A DNA stretch of 64,000 nt, taken from positions 9,814 through 73,813 of the forward strand of contig CAZGML010000006.1 of assembly GCA_964526965.1 (NCBI GenBank). Direction: 5' to 3'. Shown here one piece after another: positions 9,842 to 17,952 of the stretch. This stretch comes from an uncultured Sphaerobacteraceae bacterium (GTDB lineage: Bacteria > Chloroflexota > Chloroflexia > Thermomicrobiales > UBA6265). Made by a program: the position numbers and the translations under genes. Positions within the stretch are counted from its first letter, which is position 1. The number at the start of each line of letters is the position of its first letter. The notes under the pieces are model-generated. The model ran no database searches. It worked only from the letters and a program-made list of their open reading frames with translations, and had not been told where the DNA came from.

Positions 9842-11017
9842 TTAATTTGAGAGTTCCTGCGAAGATGCCGACCCTTCGGCAAACGTCGGGCCGACGGGGA
9901 AGACGTAAATCGTGTACTCAAGCACGCCGGTGTTTTCATCGATCGTCACGTCGAACGAGCTCGCGCCGGGTTCGGTAATCGAATTCTCGGCCGTTTGCTC
10001 CATGGCAGAAGGAACAATCAGCACATCTGTACTTTGTGTGTACGATTCGATATTGGCGTAATCCGGCTGCAGTTCATACGTGCGTGCTTCAAGGTTGGTA
10101 ATCGCCATCTCCGAGCCCTGCCGCGTTACGTGCGGGTGTCGCCATGTGCGCGTGCCTTCGGGCGATTGCTCAAGCACAAGCGGGGCCGACACATCCATCT
10201 GTGTGCATTCCGATGCGTCGAAGTTGCGCACGGTTTGTCCGCTACATTCGCGCACATCGAAGCGGATAGAGGCGCTCTCAATGGCCGGGTTGGCAGAGAG
10301 GTAAAACGCCACCTGAACCGTCGCGATGTCGTCATCAATCGGCAGCCGAGCGCTCCAGCGGAGCCGCTCGGTTTCGATATCCATAAAGGGCCGGAACGTA
10401 CCGAGGCGAACGGAATCATTCTCACGCTGCCCTACAGCCTCGACCGCAACGGTATCCGGGGGACCATCCACCGTCAGCATCGTCTGCCAATCGCCGCCGG
10501 GCAAGTTGTGGAACTCACGAACCAGGTTGTCTGTCGCGGAATCCGGCACCCACTGATCGTCGCTTTCTACGCCCTGCAGTAGCACGATGGTGTCAACCGA
10601 ATCCTGCTCGCAGTTGGCGAGGACGGGTCCACCGGTATTGCGAAGCTCCTCGGCGTCGCACGTCATGGAGACCACGCGGAGGTCACGCTCGCTGTTGATC
10701 GATTGCCAGGCGAAAAGCGGAGTAATAACCAGCAGAATTGCCGCCCCAACGGCAACCACAATCGTCAGGATGTCGCGCATGCCGAGGTTTCTCACCAGCC
10801 AAATGAGCCAGCCCAGGGCGAGTACATGCAATCCGCCGCATACCAGTGGCACTACGGGAAGCGCGGTCGCTGCGTCCTCGATGGTACGTCCATCGGCGAT
10901 CTCGAGGCGATGGAGAACGATAACGACGACGCCACCAATTACCAGCAGAACGGTGAGCACAGCTGCGATGAATGGCAGCGAGAACATCGATGAAGTGGGT
11001 TGTTTCTGGGTGCTCAT
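9842..11017 (-). CDS. membrane-anchored hypothetical protein (3 N-terminal TM helices plus about 270-aa extracytoplasmic domain)
   Basis: ATG with GGAG RBS. Hydrophobic N-terminus, then a Cys-containing soluble domain (..MTCDAEELRNTGGPVLANCEQ..). Confidence 0.6.
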   Translation of the reverse strand: MSTQKQPTSSMFSLPFIAAVLTVLLVIGGVVVIVLHRLEIADGRTIEDAATALPVVPLVCGGLHVLALGWLIWLVRNLGMRDILTIVVAVGAAILLVITPLFAWQSINSERDLRVVSMTCDAEELRNTGGPVLANCEQDSVDTIVLLQGVESDDQWVPDSATDNLVREFHNLPGGDWQTMLTVDGPPDTVAVEAVGQRENDSVRLGTFRPFMDIETERLRWSARLPIDDDIATVQVAFYLSANPAIESASIRFDVRECSGQTVRNFDASECTQMDVSAPLVLEQSPEGTRTWRHPHVTRQGSEMAITNLEARTYELQPDYANIESYTQSTDVLIVPSAMEQTAENSITEPGASSFDVTIDENTGVLEYTIYVFPVGPTFAEGSASSQELSN

Positions 11018-11069
11018 AGTGCTCCGTCCAGGCGCAACATCGCCGGGGGAATCATATCACCGGGGACTG

Positions 11070-11222
11070 TTAGAAGAGTTGATCCCACACCTGGTTCCCG
11101 GCGATGGCGAACACCAGCGCCAGCACCACAATCACCGCAACAATGGTGTAGATCCGGCGCGCCTTGCCCGGTTCGCGTGGATCAAAAAGCTCATCATCAT
11201 TCGGGGAATTCGGATCGTGCAT
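11070..11222 (-). CDS. possible 50-aa single-TM micro-protein
   Basis: Below the ORF-track cutoff. My translation: MHDPNSPNDDELFDPREPGKARRIYTIVAVIVVLALVFAIAGNQVWDQLF*. Overlaps the last 26 nt of the upstream gene. Confidence 0.3.
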   Translation of the reverse strand: MHDPNSPNDDELFDPREPGKARRIYTIVAVIVVLALVFAIAGNQVWDQLF

Positions 11223-12003
11223 AGAGTATCTGCCTCATATCGTGCGGCCCGGAGCTGATTGGTTCCGGCGTACCGATATCAATCGGCGCACCCGGTTCGG
11301 CTTCGACGAAAAAGATTCGCAGGTTCCGGGTTTCGTTCGGATCAAATTGTGCACTCCAGTTGCCGCCTGGCACGGATTCCTGCGAACCGGCTGTCAGCGA
11401 TGCGTCGGGATCGCTACTCGCCAGATACAACGAATTTACCCGCGAAGGCCAACGCGTTTGTAGTGTGGACAATCCCTCGCCCGGCACAATCCAGCGCCAG
11501 TGATGTTCATCGTCTGCGCTCCACAGGAAGATATCGCCCCCAAGGCGGATATCCGCGCCCATATCTGCCCGTGAGCAGGAAGCGAGAAACTCCTCAGTCA
11601 CAGTCTGGGCATTGGGTGCCTCATCACAATGGAAGGTGGTGACGTGAAGCTGATCGACATCGATGAACGACCAGATGAGCACGCCGGTGGTCCAGAGAAC
11701 CGTAAGCGTGCCGATCACCAGGTGCACTTTCCACGCAGAGGTGGGCCTAATCCACCAGGTGAACGCCATAAATCCGATCGTCGCCACCAGCCAAATGGCG
11801 TGAATCACCATCGCTTTGGTGAACGCTGCGGTGGCATCCACAGTGCTCAGGCGCGGCTGTTGCAGGCTGAGCCAGGTATCCTGCGCCATAATAACGCCCA
11901 CACTTAATGTGATAAGCAGCCACAGGTAGAACCCGGTCGATCCACTGGATTCCAGGGTCGGTGGATCTTCGTTTTCGTCTGGTTCATGAGAAACGGCTGA
12001 CAT
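11197..12003 (-). CDS. membrane-anchored hypothetical protein, architectural paralog of 9842..11017
   Basis: 3 TM helices followed by ..TFHCDEAPNAQTVTEEFLASCSR.., which parallels the C-x(n)-C segment of the neighbouring protein. Confidence 0.6.
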   Translation of the reverse strand: MSAVSHEPDENEDPPTLESSGSTGFYLWLLITLSVGVIMAQDTWLSLQQPRLSTVDATAAFTKAMVIHAIWLVATIGFMAFTWWIRPTSAWKVHLVIGTLTVLWTTGVLIWSFIDVDQLHVTTFHCDEAPNAQTVTEEFLASCSRADMGADIRLGGDIFLWSADDEHHWRWIVPGEGLSTLQTRWPSRVNSLYLASSDPDASLTAGSQESVPGGNWSAQFDPNETRNLRIFFVEAEPGAPIDIGTPEPISSGPHDMRQILYARSEFPE

Positions 12004-12134
12004 ATCGGTATCCTGTTGTTATCTGGCTGATGCCAGCTGGTTCCAATAGTGCCAGAACTTTCAACATGCGGAAACTGGAAGCGCGTATAGTTAAGGAACA
12101 GAGACCGAAGAAATACCCACCCGGAGGTAGAGAT

Positions 12135-12824
12135 ATGTACATCAGACGGCTCTTCGCAATTGGCGCGTTAATCCTGATCGGTGGAATCCTGGTTGCTTGC
12201 GGGGCTGAAGATGAGGATCCCGAGCCGACGACTGCTCCAACAACAGATGTCGCATCGGACGAAGATGCCCAGACCGAAGCAACTGAGGCCGCTACTGAAG
12301 AAACGGAAGAGGCCCCAATGGAAGCAAGTCCGGCAGCAACTCCGGTTGAACCTGCAGCAACTGCATTAGCGGCAACGGCCGTGGTGGAAGAAAGTGGAAC
12401 CCCGCAAGCCACGCCTGCGATGGATTCCGTTGTACCGGCAGTAAGCGAAGCCGAAGAAGCCACCCCGCAGGCAGCATCGCCAGAGGCCATCATCGATCCG
12501 ATGACAGAGGTCTCCGGCACGCTCACGCTGGATGGCAGCACCCAGCAGGACTTTACGCTCTCTGGAGAAGGCTGCGTCGGCCTCGGTGAGTGGCGCCAGC
12601 TGAGTCCCGGCTCACAGGTGATCGTGCGCAATGCATACGGCACAGTGGTTGATATTGGTGAACTGGAAGCCGTGGAGTCCGAAGATACCTGCAACTGGAC
12701 ATTCTCCGTGGAGGTACCCGAAGCAGACTACTTCAGCATCAGCATCCCAATGGTGACGGAAGTTTGGTTCGACCAAAACGATCCGGCAATTGAATCCGGC
12801 GAGCTGGAGCTGATGGTCCCGTAG
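12135..12824 (+). CDS. lipoprotein with acidic Ala/Thr/Glu/Pro-rich linker
   Basis: ATG at 12135 after GGAGG. MYIRRLFAIGALILIGGILVAC lipobox, a low-complexity linker, then a roughly 90-aa C-terminal globular part. Confidence 0.65.
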   Translation: MYIRRLFAIGALILIGGILVACGAEDEDPEPTTAPTTDVASDEDAQTEATEAATEETEEAPMEASPAATPVEPAATALAATAVVEESGTPQATPAMDSVVPAVSEAEEATPQAASPEAIIDPMTEVSGTLTLDGSTQQDFTLSGEGCVGLGEWRQLSPGSQVIVRNAYGTVVDIGELEAVESEDTCNWTFSVEVPEADYFSISIPMVTEVWFDQNDPAIESGELELMVP

Positions 12825-12855
12825 CGGCGAACCTGTGTGTTCACCCTCGAAATCT

Positions 12856-12889
12856 AAAAAGGAGGTCGGCAAACGCCGACCTCCTTTTC
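12856..12889. terminator. bidirectional rho-independent terminator
   Basis: AAAAA-GGAGGTCGGC-AAAC-GCCGACCTCC-TTTT between convergent genes. Confidence 0.85.
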
Positions 12890-12907
12890 GTTGACGGGTT
12901 ACTCAAC

Positions 12908-13498
12908 CTACCAGTGCCGCATTGCGCCGGCGTAGTGAGCACCATAATAGTCGCTCCACAGCCAACCAATGGTGACGCCGGTACCCGGGTTCTCCGCGTG
13001 GACGAACTGACCATCGCCGATGTACACACCGGTGTGAGTGATTCCGGGTCCATACGTGCCGGCAAAGAAGACCAGGTCTCCCGGCTGCAGGTTGCCCGCA
13101 TCTACCCAGGCGCCATAGTTCATCTGCCCGTAACTGGCGTGACCGATATTGGTACCAACGGTGTTGAGGATCACGTACTGCGTGAAACCGCTGCAATCAA
13201 ACCCGGCCGGAGTGTTGCCCGCCCACACGTAGGGGTAGCCAACAAACTGCAACGCGAAATCCGCGATGAACTGTCCGCTCCGGACCGGGGTCTCGGCCGG
13301 TTCCCCGGCAGGCTCTTCTGCCGTGTTACCGTCCCATGCAGACCCGGTCTTCGTAACCCCGGTTTCCTGGGCAAGTGCTGATGTGGCGAGCGATCCGCCA
13401 GTGAAGGCTGCGAGCGCGGCCAGACCACGCCGGGCAAAACCACGGCGAGACATAACAGACGGCGTAGCAGTGCGCACCGTCTTCTCGGAAAACGACAT
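12908..13498 (-). CDS. NlpC/P60 family peptidoglycan endopeptidase with Tat-type signal
   Basis: YPYVWAGNTPAGFDCSGF (catalytic Cys), ..HTGVYIGDGQFVHA.. (His), and an SRRGFARRGLAALAAF twin-arginine signal. Start taken at ATG 13498 (GGAAGGA RBS); 13452 is also possible. Confidence 0.85.
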   Translation of the reverse strand: MSFSEKTVRTATPSVMSRRGFARRGLAALAAFTGGSLATSALAQETGVTKTGSAWDGNTAEEPAGEPAETPVRSGQFIADFALQFVGYPYVWAGNTPAGFDCSGFTQYVILNTVGTNIGHASYGQMNYGAWVDAGNLQPGDLVFFAGTYGPGITHTGVYIGDGQFVHAENPGTGVTIGWLWSDYYGAHYAGAMRHW

Positions 13499-13816
13499 AG
13501 AGGAATAATTCCTTCCCTCGAAAGAACGAGCGCAAGGAGGTTGCGCCCACTGGAACAACGCATCAATCCGAACCACCAGCCATGGCATGTACCGGATTGA
13601 CTTTTTCTCCCCTGGACGGGGAATTGAAAAGACTGTTTGAACACGCGTTACATGAACGTGCGCTCTAATCAGCCTCGCGGAGCATAACACAGTCTGTGAA
13701 AAGATTCGCAAGGCGTACGTACAGTCACAACATGAATGATTTCAGCGCGCCAGACGTTTTCTGTTCCGTTGGTACAATAGCCACAGCAATTAGCCTGACG
13801 CAGGGGAGAGGCAACC

Positions 13817-14779
13817 ATGCCCTATCGGTTCCAGCTGGAAGTTCCGGAAGAGCTCTACGAGCAAGCAAACGTTGTTATCAATCAAACGCACGATGCCGCT
13901 GTCAACGACACGCACGTGGGTATCGGCGGGGATTTTGACAATCCGGGCATCACGATCACGGTTTCTGCCCACTCACTGGATGTGGTGTGGAATATTCGGG
14001 AGTGGTGCGACGATGTGGTCGATAACATCCCGGATGCCCGCCCTGTGAACTACCTGTTCACAACCGGGGAGCGGGTGCCCGCACGAGATATCGAACCCGA
14101 AGCGGTGGTCGCTGCTATTCGTCGAGACCAACCGTGGGTCGATCGGACTATTCCGAAACTGGGTGAGCATGATTTCCGCTCCGGTCCGCCCGAGGCACTG
14201 AAGCCGGCGATGGCATCAGTTGAAACGGCGGTTTCCGAACCGACACCAGGCGTTGTCAACCCGCCGCGAATTGGAAACATCACCATCCTTGCAACGGATG
14301 AACCAACCGATCACCCCACACTCACCATCGATGGCGCCACCATGCTGCACCTGCCGATGATCGATCTTTTCCGCGCAGAGCAGGCGTATGGCGAAGTATT
14401 TGGTGCCCGACTTGTAGACCGTGCTGATCGTGACGGCCGCGGTGGCTACGTGTGGCACAATGCCGATCCGGACCAACGGGATCTGGTTCGTACCGTGCCC
14501 GAAGCCGATTTCGCGTTCCTGCAAAACGGACCACTCACGCTCGCGCTGGAGCGCCTTGGCCGCGCAGTGCCACTTGAAGTGCACGGCAATGTGCCCGCGC
14601 CAGTGAAGCTGCTGGTGTCGGATGATAGCCTGGAAACCATCAAGGCCGAGGCAATGGTGCGAAACTGGACCGTAATGGATGACAAGACACCCGGCATTTT
14701 CTTGTTCCGGGATCCATTTGGTTTCACCTGGGAAGTCCACGCAGAATCATTCGAAAAGGAAGTACTTGCCGATGCTTGA
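13817..14779 (+). CDS. hypothetical protein with C-terminal glyoxalase/VOC-like fold
   Basis: ATG at 13817 with GGGGAGAGG RBS. The C-terminal ..KLLVSDDSLETIKAEAMVRNWTV..IFLFRDPFGFTWEVH resembles VOC domains. Confidence 0.5.
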   Translation: MPYRFQLEVPEELYEQANVVINQTHDAAVNDTHVGIGGDFDNPGITITVSAHSLDVVWNIREWCDDVVDNIPDARPVNYLFTTGERVPARDIEPEAVVAAIRRDQPWVDRTIPKLGEHDFRSGPPEALKPAMASVETAVSEPTPGVVNPPRIGNITILATDEPTDHPTLTIDGATMLHLPMIDLFRAEQAYGEVFGARLVDRADRDGRGGYVWHNADPDQRDLVRTVPEADFAFLQNGPLTLALERLGRAVPLEVHGNVPAPVKLLVSDDSLETIKAEAMVRNWTVMDDKTPGIFLFRDPFGFTWEVHAESFEKEVLADA

Positions 14780-15212
14780 CGCCTATCAGGACCTGATCGA
14801 GGGTCTCACAGAGGAGAGCAACACTCTCCGTCAATTACTGGGGGATCCCGTTCCGGACGACCTGGATCCAGAAGTGTTGGCACTACTCAAGGAAGCACGA
14901 GCGCGCGAAGGCGCAATTCGGGCCCGAACGCAAAAGATCATGCGCGGCGAGAACGTGAACCTCCGCTCCATGGACAATGAACCGGCTGTGCGCAACTCCG
15001 CAGATATGGAAGGCACGCCAGAAGAAATTCTGCAAGCGTTTATCCTGGACCGCGGCGAGGTGGTAAGCCTGCTCATAAACCTCACCCTCAAGGATTGGGA
15101 GCGCAAGGTTCCCCACTGGGTATCAGGCGAAACAACCATTGCCGAGGAGGTAGAAGAGCACCTCGCCTGGGAAGACGAAGCGCTCGATAAATTTGAGGCC
15201 TCACTCGGCTAG
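14772..15212 (+). CDS. DinB-superfamily-like helical protein (tentative)
   Basis: ATG at 14772 overlaps the upstream stop (ATGCTTGA). 146 aa, helical and acidic. The family call is weak. Confidence 0.4.
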   Translation: MLDAYQDLIEGLTEESNTLRQLLGDPVPDDLDPEVLALLKEARAREGAIRARTQKIMRGENVNLRSMDNEPAVRNSADMEGTPEEILQAFILDRGEVVSLLINLTLKDWERKVPHWVSGETTIAEEVEEHLAWEDEALDKFEASLG

Positions 15213-15216
15213 TGCG

Positions 15217-15254
15217 AAAAAAAGCGAGCCGCCAGGCGGAACTCCGGCGGCTCG
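15217..15254 (-). terminator. rho-independent terminator whose U-tract is on the minus strand
   Basis: Minus-strand reading is CGAGCCGCC-(12 nt)-GGCGGCTCG followed by CTTTTTTT. On the plus strand there is no T-run after the stem. Confidence 0.7.
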
Positions 15255-15323
15255 GGAAGAGAAGGGTGTCACGTTAGCCAGATGGAAGCTGGAAAGGTGG
15301 GGATCGTCCTCCATCGGCGTGAC
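15217..15323 (-). ncRNA. candidate SOS-regulated small RNA (about 105 nt, predicted only)
   Basis: Bounded by the minus-strand promoter TTGCGC-17-TATACT (15330..15358) and the terminator at 15217..15254. Internal stems GUCACG/CGUGAC, GAUGGA/UCCAUC and CCAG/CUGG, plus a C/U-rich single-stranded CCCUUCUCUUCCC stretch. Confidence 0.4.
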
Positions 15324-15329
15324 AACATC

Positions 15330-15358
15330 AGTATAGAACACATGTTCGTACAGCGCAA
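15330..15358 (-). promoter_or_regulatory. sigma-70-like promoter with a LexA (Cheo) box filling the spacer
   Basis: Minus strand: TTGCGC (15358..15353), 17-nt spacer TGTACGAACATGTGTTC, TATACT (15335..15330). The spacer contains GAAC-N4-GTTC, the same 14-mer as at 5895. Confidence 0.5.
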
Positions 15359-15372
15359 GAGGTTACCTAATT

Positions 15373-15660
15373 ATGCATGGCGAATATAAAACCCCCGGCG
15401 GGAAGCTGGTGGTGGTGGACTTTGATGTCGTTGACGGTCGGTTCAAGAATATGGTTATCAGTGGCGATTTCTTCCTTTATCCGGAGGAAGAACTCAAACC
15501 CCTGACCGAGGCGCTTGAGGGTGTGGATGTCGATCTTGATGATGAGAGCTTCGCCGAACGTATCCGCATGGATCTCCACCCTGATACCCAGCTACTCGGG
15601 ACCTCGCCTGAGGGGATCGTTATCGCCGTACGCCGCGCACTTGATGGAGTGGAATCATGA
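15373..15660 (+). CDS. lipoate-protein ligase C-terminal accessory domain protein (LplB-like)
   Basis: 95 aa. GGKLVVVDFDVVDG..ISGDFFLYPEE pattern of the Lip_prot_lig_C domain. ATGA overlap with the downstream catalytic subunit. Confidence 0.7.
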   Translation: MHGEYKTPGGKLVVVDFDVVDGRFKNMVISGDFFLYPEEELKPLTEALEGVDVDLDDESFAERIRMDLHPDTQLLGTSPEGIVIAVRRALDGVES

Positions 15661-16472
15661 GTGATCGGGTTCAGCCAACCCCGGAACAACGCGCTGATTG
15701 GGAGCGACGATTCAAAAGCGTTAAGTGGACACTGCTTCCAAATCCAAAGCTCGCCCCACGCGCACAAAACGCCATGGACGAAGTGATTCTCGATGAGATG
15801 GCTGCCGGCCGCCGCGGGCCACACATCCGCTTCTGGAACTGGAACGCAAACGCCGTCATCATCGGGCGCTTCCAGAGTGTCAAAAACGAAGTGCACGAAG
15901 ACGCCGCGCGCGAAGGTGGTGTCACCATCAGCCGTCGTATGACCGGCGGCGGTGCCATGCTGATTGAGCCGCAGAACGCCATTACCTACACGATCGCGGC
16001 ACCAGAGGAACTGGTAAAGGGGATGAACTTCGCCGAAAGCTATCAGTTTTTCGATAGCTGGGTGCTGGACTCCCTGCGAGAGCTCGGCGTAGATGCCTGG
16101 TATGTTCCGCTCAACGACATCACAAGTAGCAACGGTAAAATTGGTGGCGCGGCCCAGGCTCGCAAGAAGGGCATTGCCCTGCACCACACCACCTCTGCCT
16201 ATGACATGACCGACGGCGCCCTTACCCGTATCCTCCGCATCGGCAAGGAAAAGCTGAGCGATAAGGGAGTCACCAGCGCAGAACGGCGCGTTGCACCTTT
16301 GCGCCAACAAACGGAACTGGACCGCGACGTGATCATCAATCATATGATCGGCTACTTCCGCGGCCAGTACGGGTTAGAGGACGATACCTTCCGCCCGGAG
16401 GAACTGGAACGGCTCGATGAACTGGTCACCACCAAGTACGACACAGACGAGTGGGTATATTCCTTGCCCTGA
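15657..16472 (+). CDS. lplA: lipoate-protein ligase catalytic subunit (LplA-N type)
   Basis: BPL_LplA_LipB features: ..RRMTGGGAMLIEP.. and NGKIGGAAQARKKGIALHHT (lipoyl-AMP-binding Lys region). Lacks its own C-terminal domain. Confidence 0.8.
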   Translation: MSDRVQPTPEQRADWERRFKSVKWTLLPNPKLAPRAQNAMDEVILDEMAAGRRGPHIRFWNWNANAVIIGRFQSVKNEVHEDAAREGGVTISRRMTGGGAMLIEPQNAITYTIAAPEELVKGMNFAESYQFFDSWVLDSLRELGVDAWYVPLNDITSSNGKIGGAAQARKKGIALHHTTSAYDMTDGALTRILRIGKEKLSDKGVTSAERRVAPLRQQTELDRDVIINHMIGYFRGQYGLEDDTFRPEELERLDELVTTKYDTDEWVYSLP

Positions 16473-16595
16473 CGCCTGGTTTTCCCATCAAATCGAATAG
16501 CTGCGTACGTACTACTTGATTGTCAACGTCGTACACACCATAATAGGTTTTGCGTTTCAATTTCGCAGGGCTATTTCGTCAAGTCAGGGGTACGC

Positions 16596-17906
16596 GTGCC
16601 GACTGCCAAACGAACAACACCTTTCGTGCTGCTCGCAGTATTGCTCATGCCTCTTCTCCTGGCATGCAGCGAAGAGGCTGCTACCCAATCGGCAGCAACC
16701 AGCGTAGCTGGCACTCCAGCCACCGTTGTCAGCAGTCCTGCCGCAACGGCGGAAACGGAAGCAATCCCAATCGATGTAGCCACGCCATCCACCCCGGAGC
16801 CGGCCGGGTTCGTACCGCAAGAGCTCACTCCGGAAGAACTGGTGGAGCACCAGCCAAATGAGTTGGGTGCCATTCCCATCTTCATGTATCACAACATCGT
16901 GACCGATCCGAGCCTGGAAGGACACCTCTACCGCACCGTGGATGAGTTCTATAACGACCTGCAATGGCTCTACGACAACAACTTCTACCTGGTTGGAATG
17001 AACGCCGTCGTGCGTGGGTACTTTGAAGTACCGGCCGGAAAACACCCGGTGGTGCTGACCTTCGATGACAGTTCAAGCATGCATTTCAGCTTTGAGCTCG
17101 GACCGGACGGCCAGCCGCTACTCGATTCCAATGGTGATTACGTTGTTACGCCGAACTCTGCGGTAGGCATCATCGAAAAGTTCACCGCCGAGCATCCGGA
17201 TTTCGGCAAGGCCGCACATTTCTCCACGATCCCGCAATTCAAGTTCTCATGGCCGGAGTACGAGCAGGATGAATGGTACGAAACCAAGGTGCAATGGCTA
17301 CTGGATAACAACTATGAAATCGGCAACCATACCTCGGATCATATCGACCTGACGCAAGCGGATTCCGAGACGTTCGCTCGCAACATCGCCGAGCCATATA
17401 TCTTGATCAGCGGCATAGTTGATCCGAACGACCCCAACTTCGCCATGGGTGTGCTGACGTTGCCGTACGGCGCATATCCGGAAGGAGGTTGGACGGGCGA
17501 CAAGTTCAACTACCTCGCCAATGGATTCGTTTGGGATGGATATGAAATTCCGGTCGAAGGTGCGCTGTTGGTGTGCTGTGGAGCCAATCCCAGCCCGTTC
17601 CATGACGACTATCGCCGTCTCTGGATAGCGCGCATCCGTGGCGATGATCCCGATTTCGAGCGCTTTGCGGAAGAGATCGAAAACGGGTGGGTGATTCTGT
17701 ACACCAGCGATGGAAATCCGGATACCGTTACCGTTCCGTGGCCACTTCCAGAGTCGCAATGGGGTAAGCTAAATGAAGACGCGATCACAAATCGCGGTCT
17801 TACGCTGGTCAAGTACTATCCGGAAACAGGCAGGATTTTTACTGCTATCCGGCCCCGTGACCAACAATCGTATAATTGTGTTGAACGAGCACACGTATCT
17901 GCCTGA
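16596..17906 (+). CDS. polysaccharide deacetylase (NodB-homology) lipoprotein
   Basis: GTG start, LLLAC lipobox, FMYHNI, LTFDDSS and GNHTSDH motifs of the carbohydrate esterase 4 fold. Confidence 0.75.
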   Translation: MPTAKRTTPFVLLAVLLMPLLLACSEEAATQSAATSVAGTPATVVSSPAATAETEAIPIDVATPSTPEPAGFVPQELTPEELVEHQPNELGAIPIFMYHNIVTDPSLEGHLYRTVDEFYNDLQWLYDNNFYLVGMNAVVRGYFEVPAGKHPVVLTFDDSSSMHFSFELGPDGQPLLDSNGDYVVTPNSAVGIIEKFTAEHPDFGKAAHFSTIPQFKFSWPEYEQDEWYETKVQWLLDNNYEIGNHTSDHIDLTQADSETFARNIAEPYILISGIVDPNDPNFAMGVLTLPYGAYPEGGWTGDKFNYLANGFVWDGYEIPVEGALLVCCGANPSPFHDDYRRLWIARIRGDDPDFERFAEEIENGWVILYTSDGNPDTVTVPWPLPESQWGKLNEDAITNRGLTLVKYYPETGRIFTAIRPRDQQSYNCVERAHVSA

Positions 17907-17952
17907 TACTTGCATTGTGTTCTTGCCCGATATACGAACAGGACATTCCACC

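Noticed and set aside
13499-13816. ydaO-type c-di-AMP riboswitch upstream of the NlpC/P60 gene
   Set aside because: The context fits, but I could not find the conserved ydaO sequence blocks as I remember them. It is kept only as a generic structured-leader finding.
15213-15318. 37-codon ORF (MEDDPHLSSFHLANVTPFSSRAAGVPPGGSLFFALAE) as a LexA-controlled type I toxin
   Set aside because: It has no RBS and is not hydrophobic. The reading frame continues through the terminator hairpin and U-tract, so the stop codon would lie beyond the predicted 3' end.
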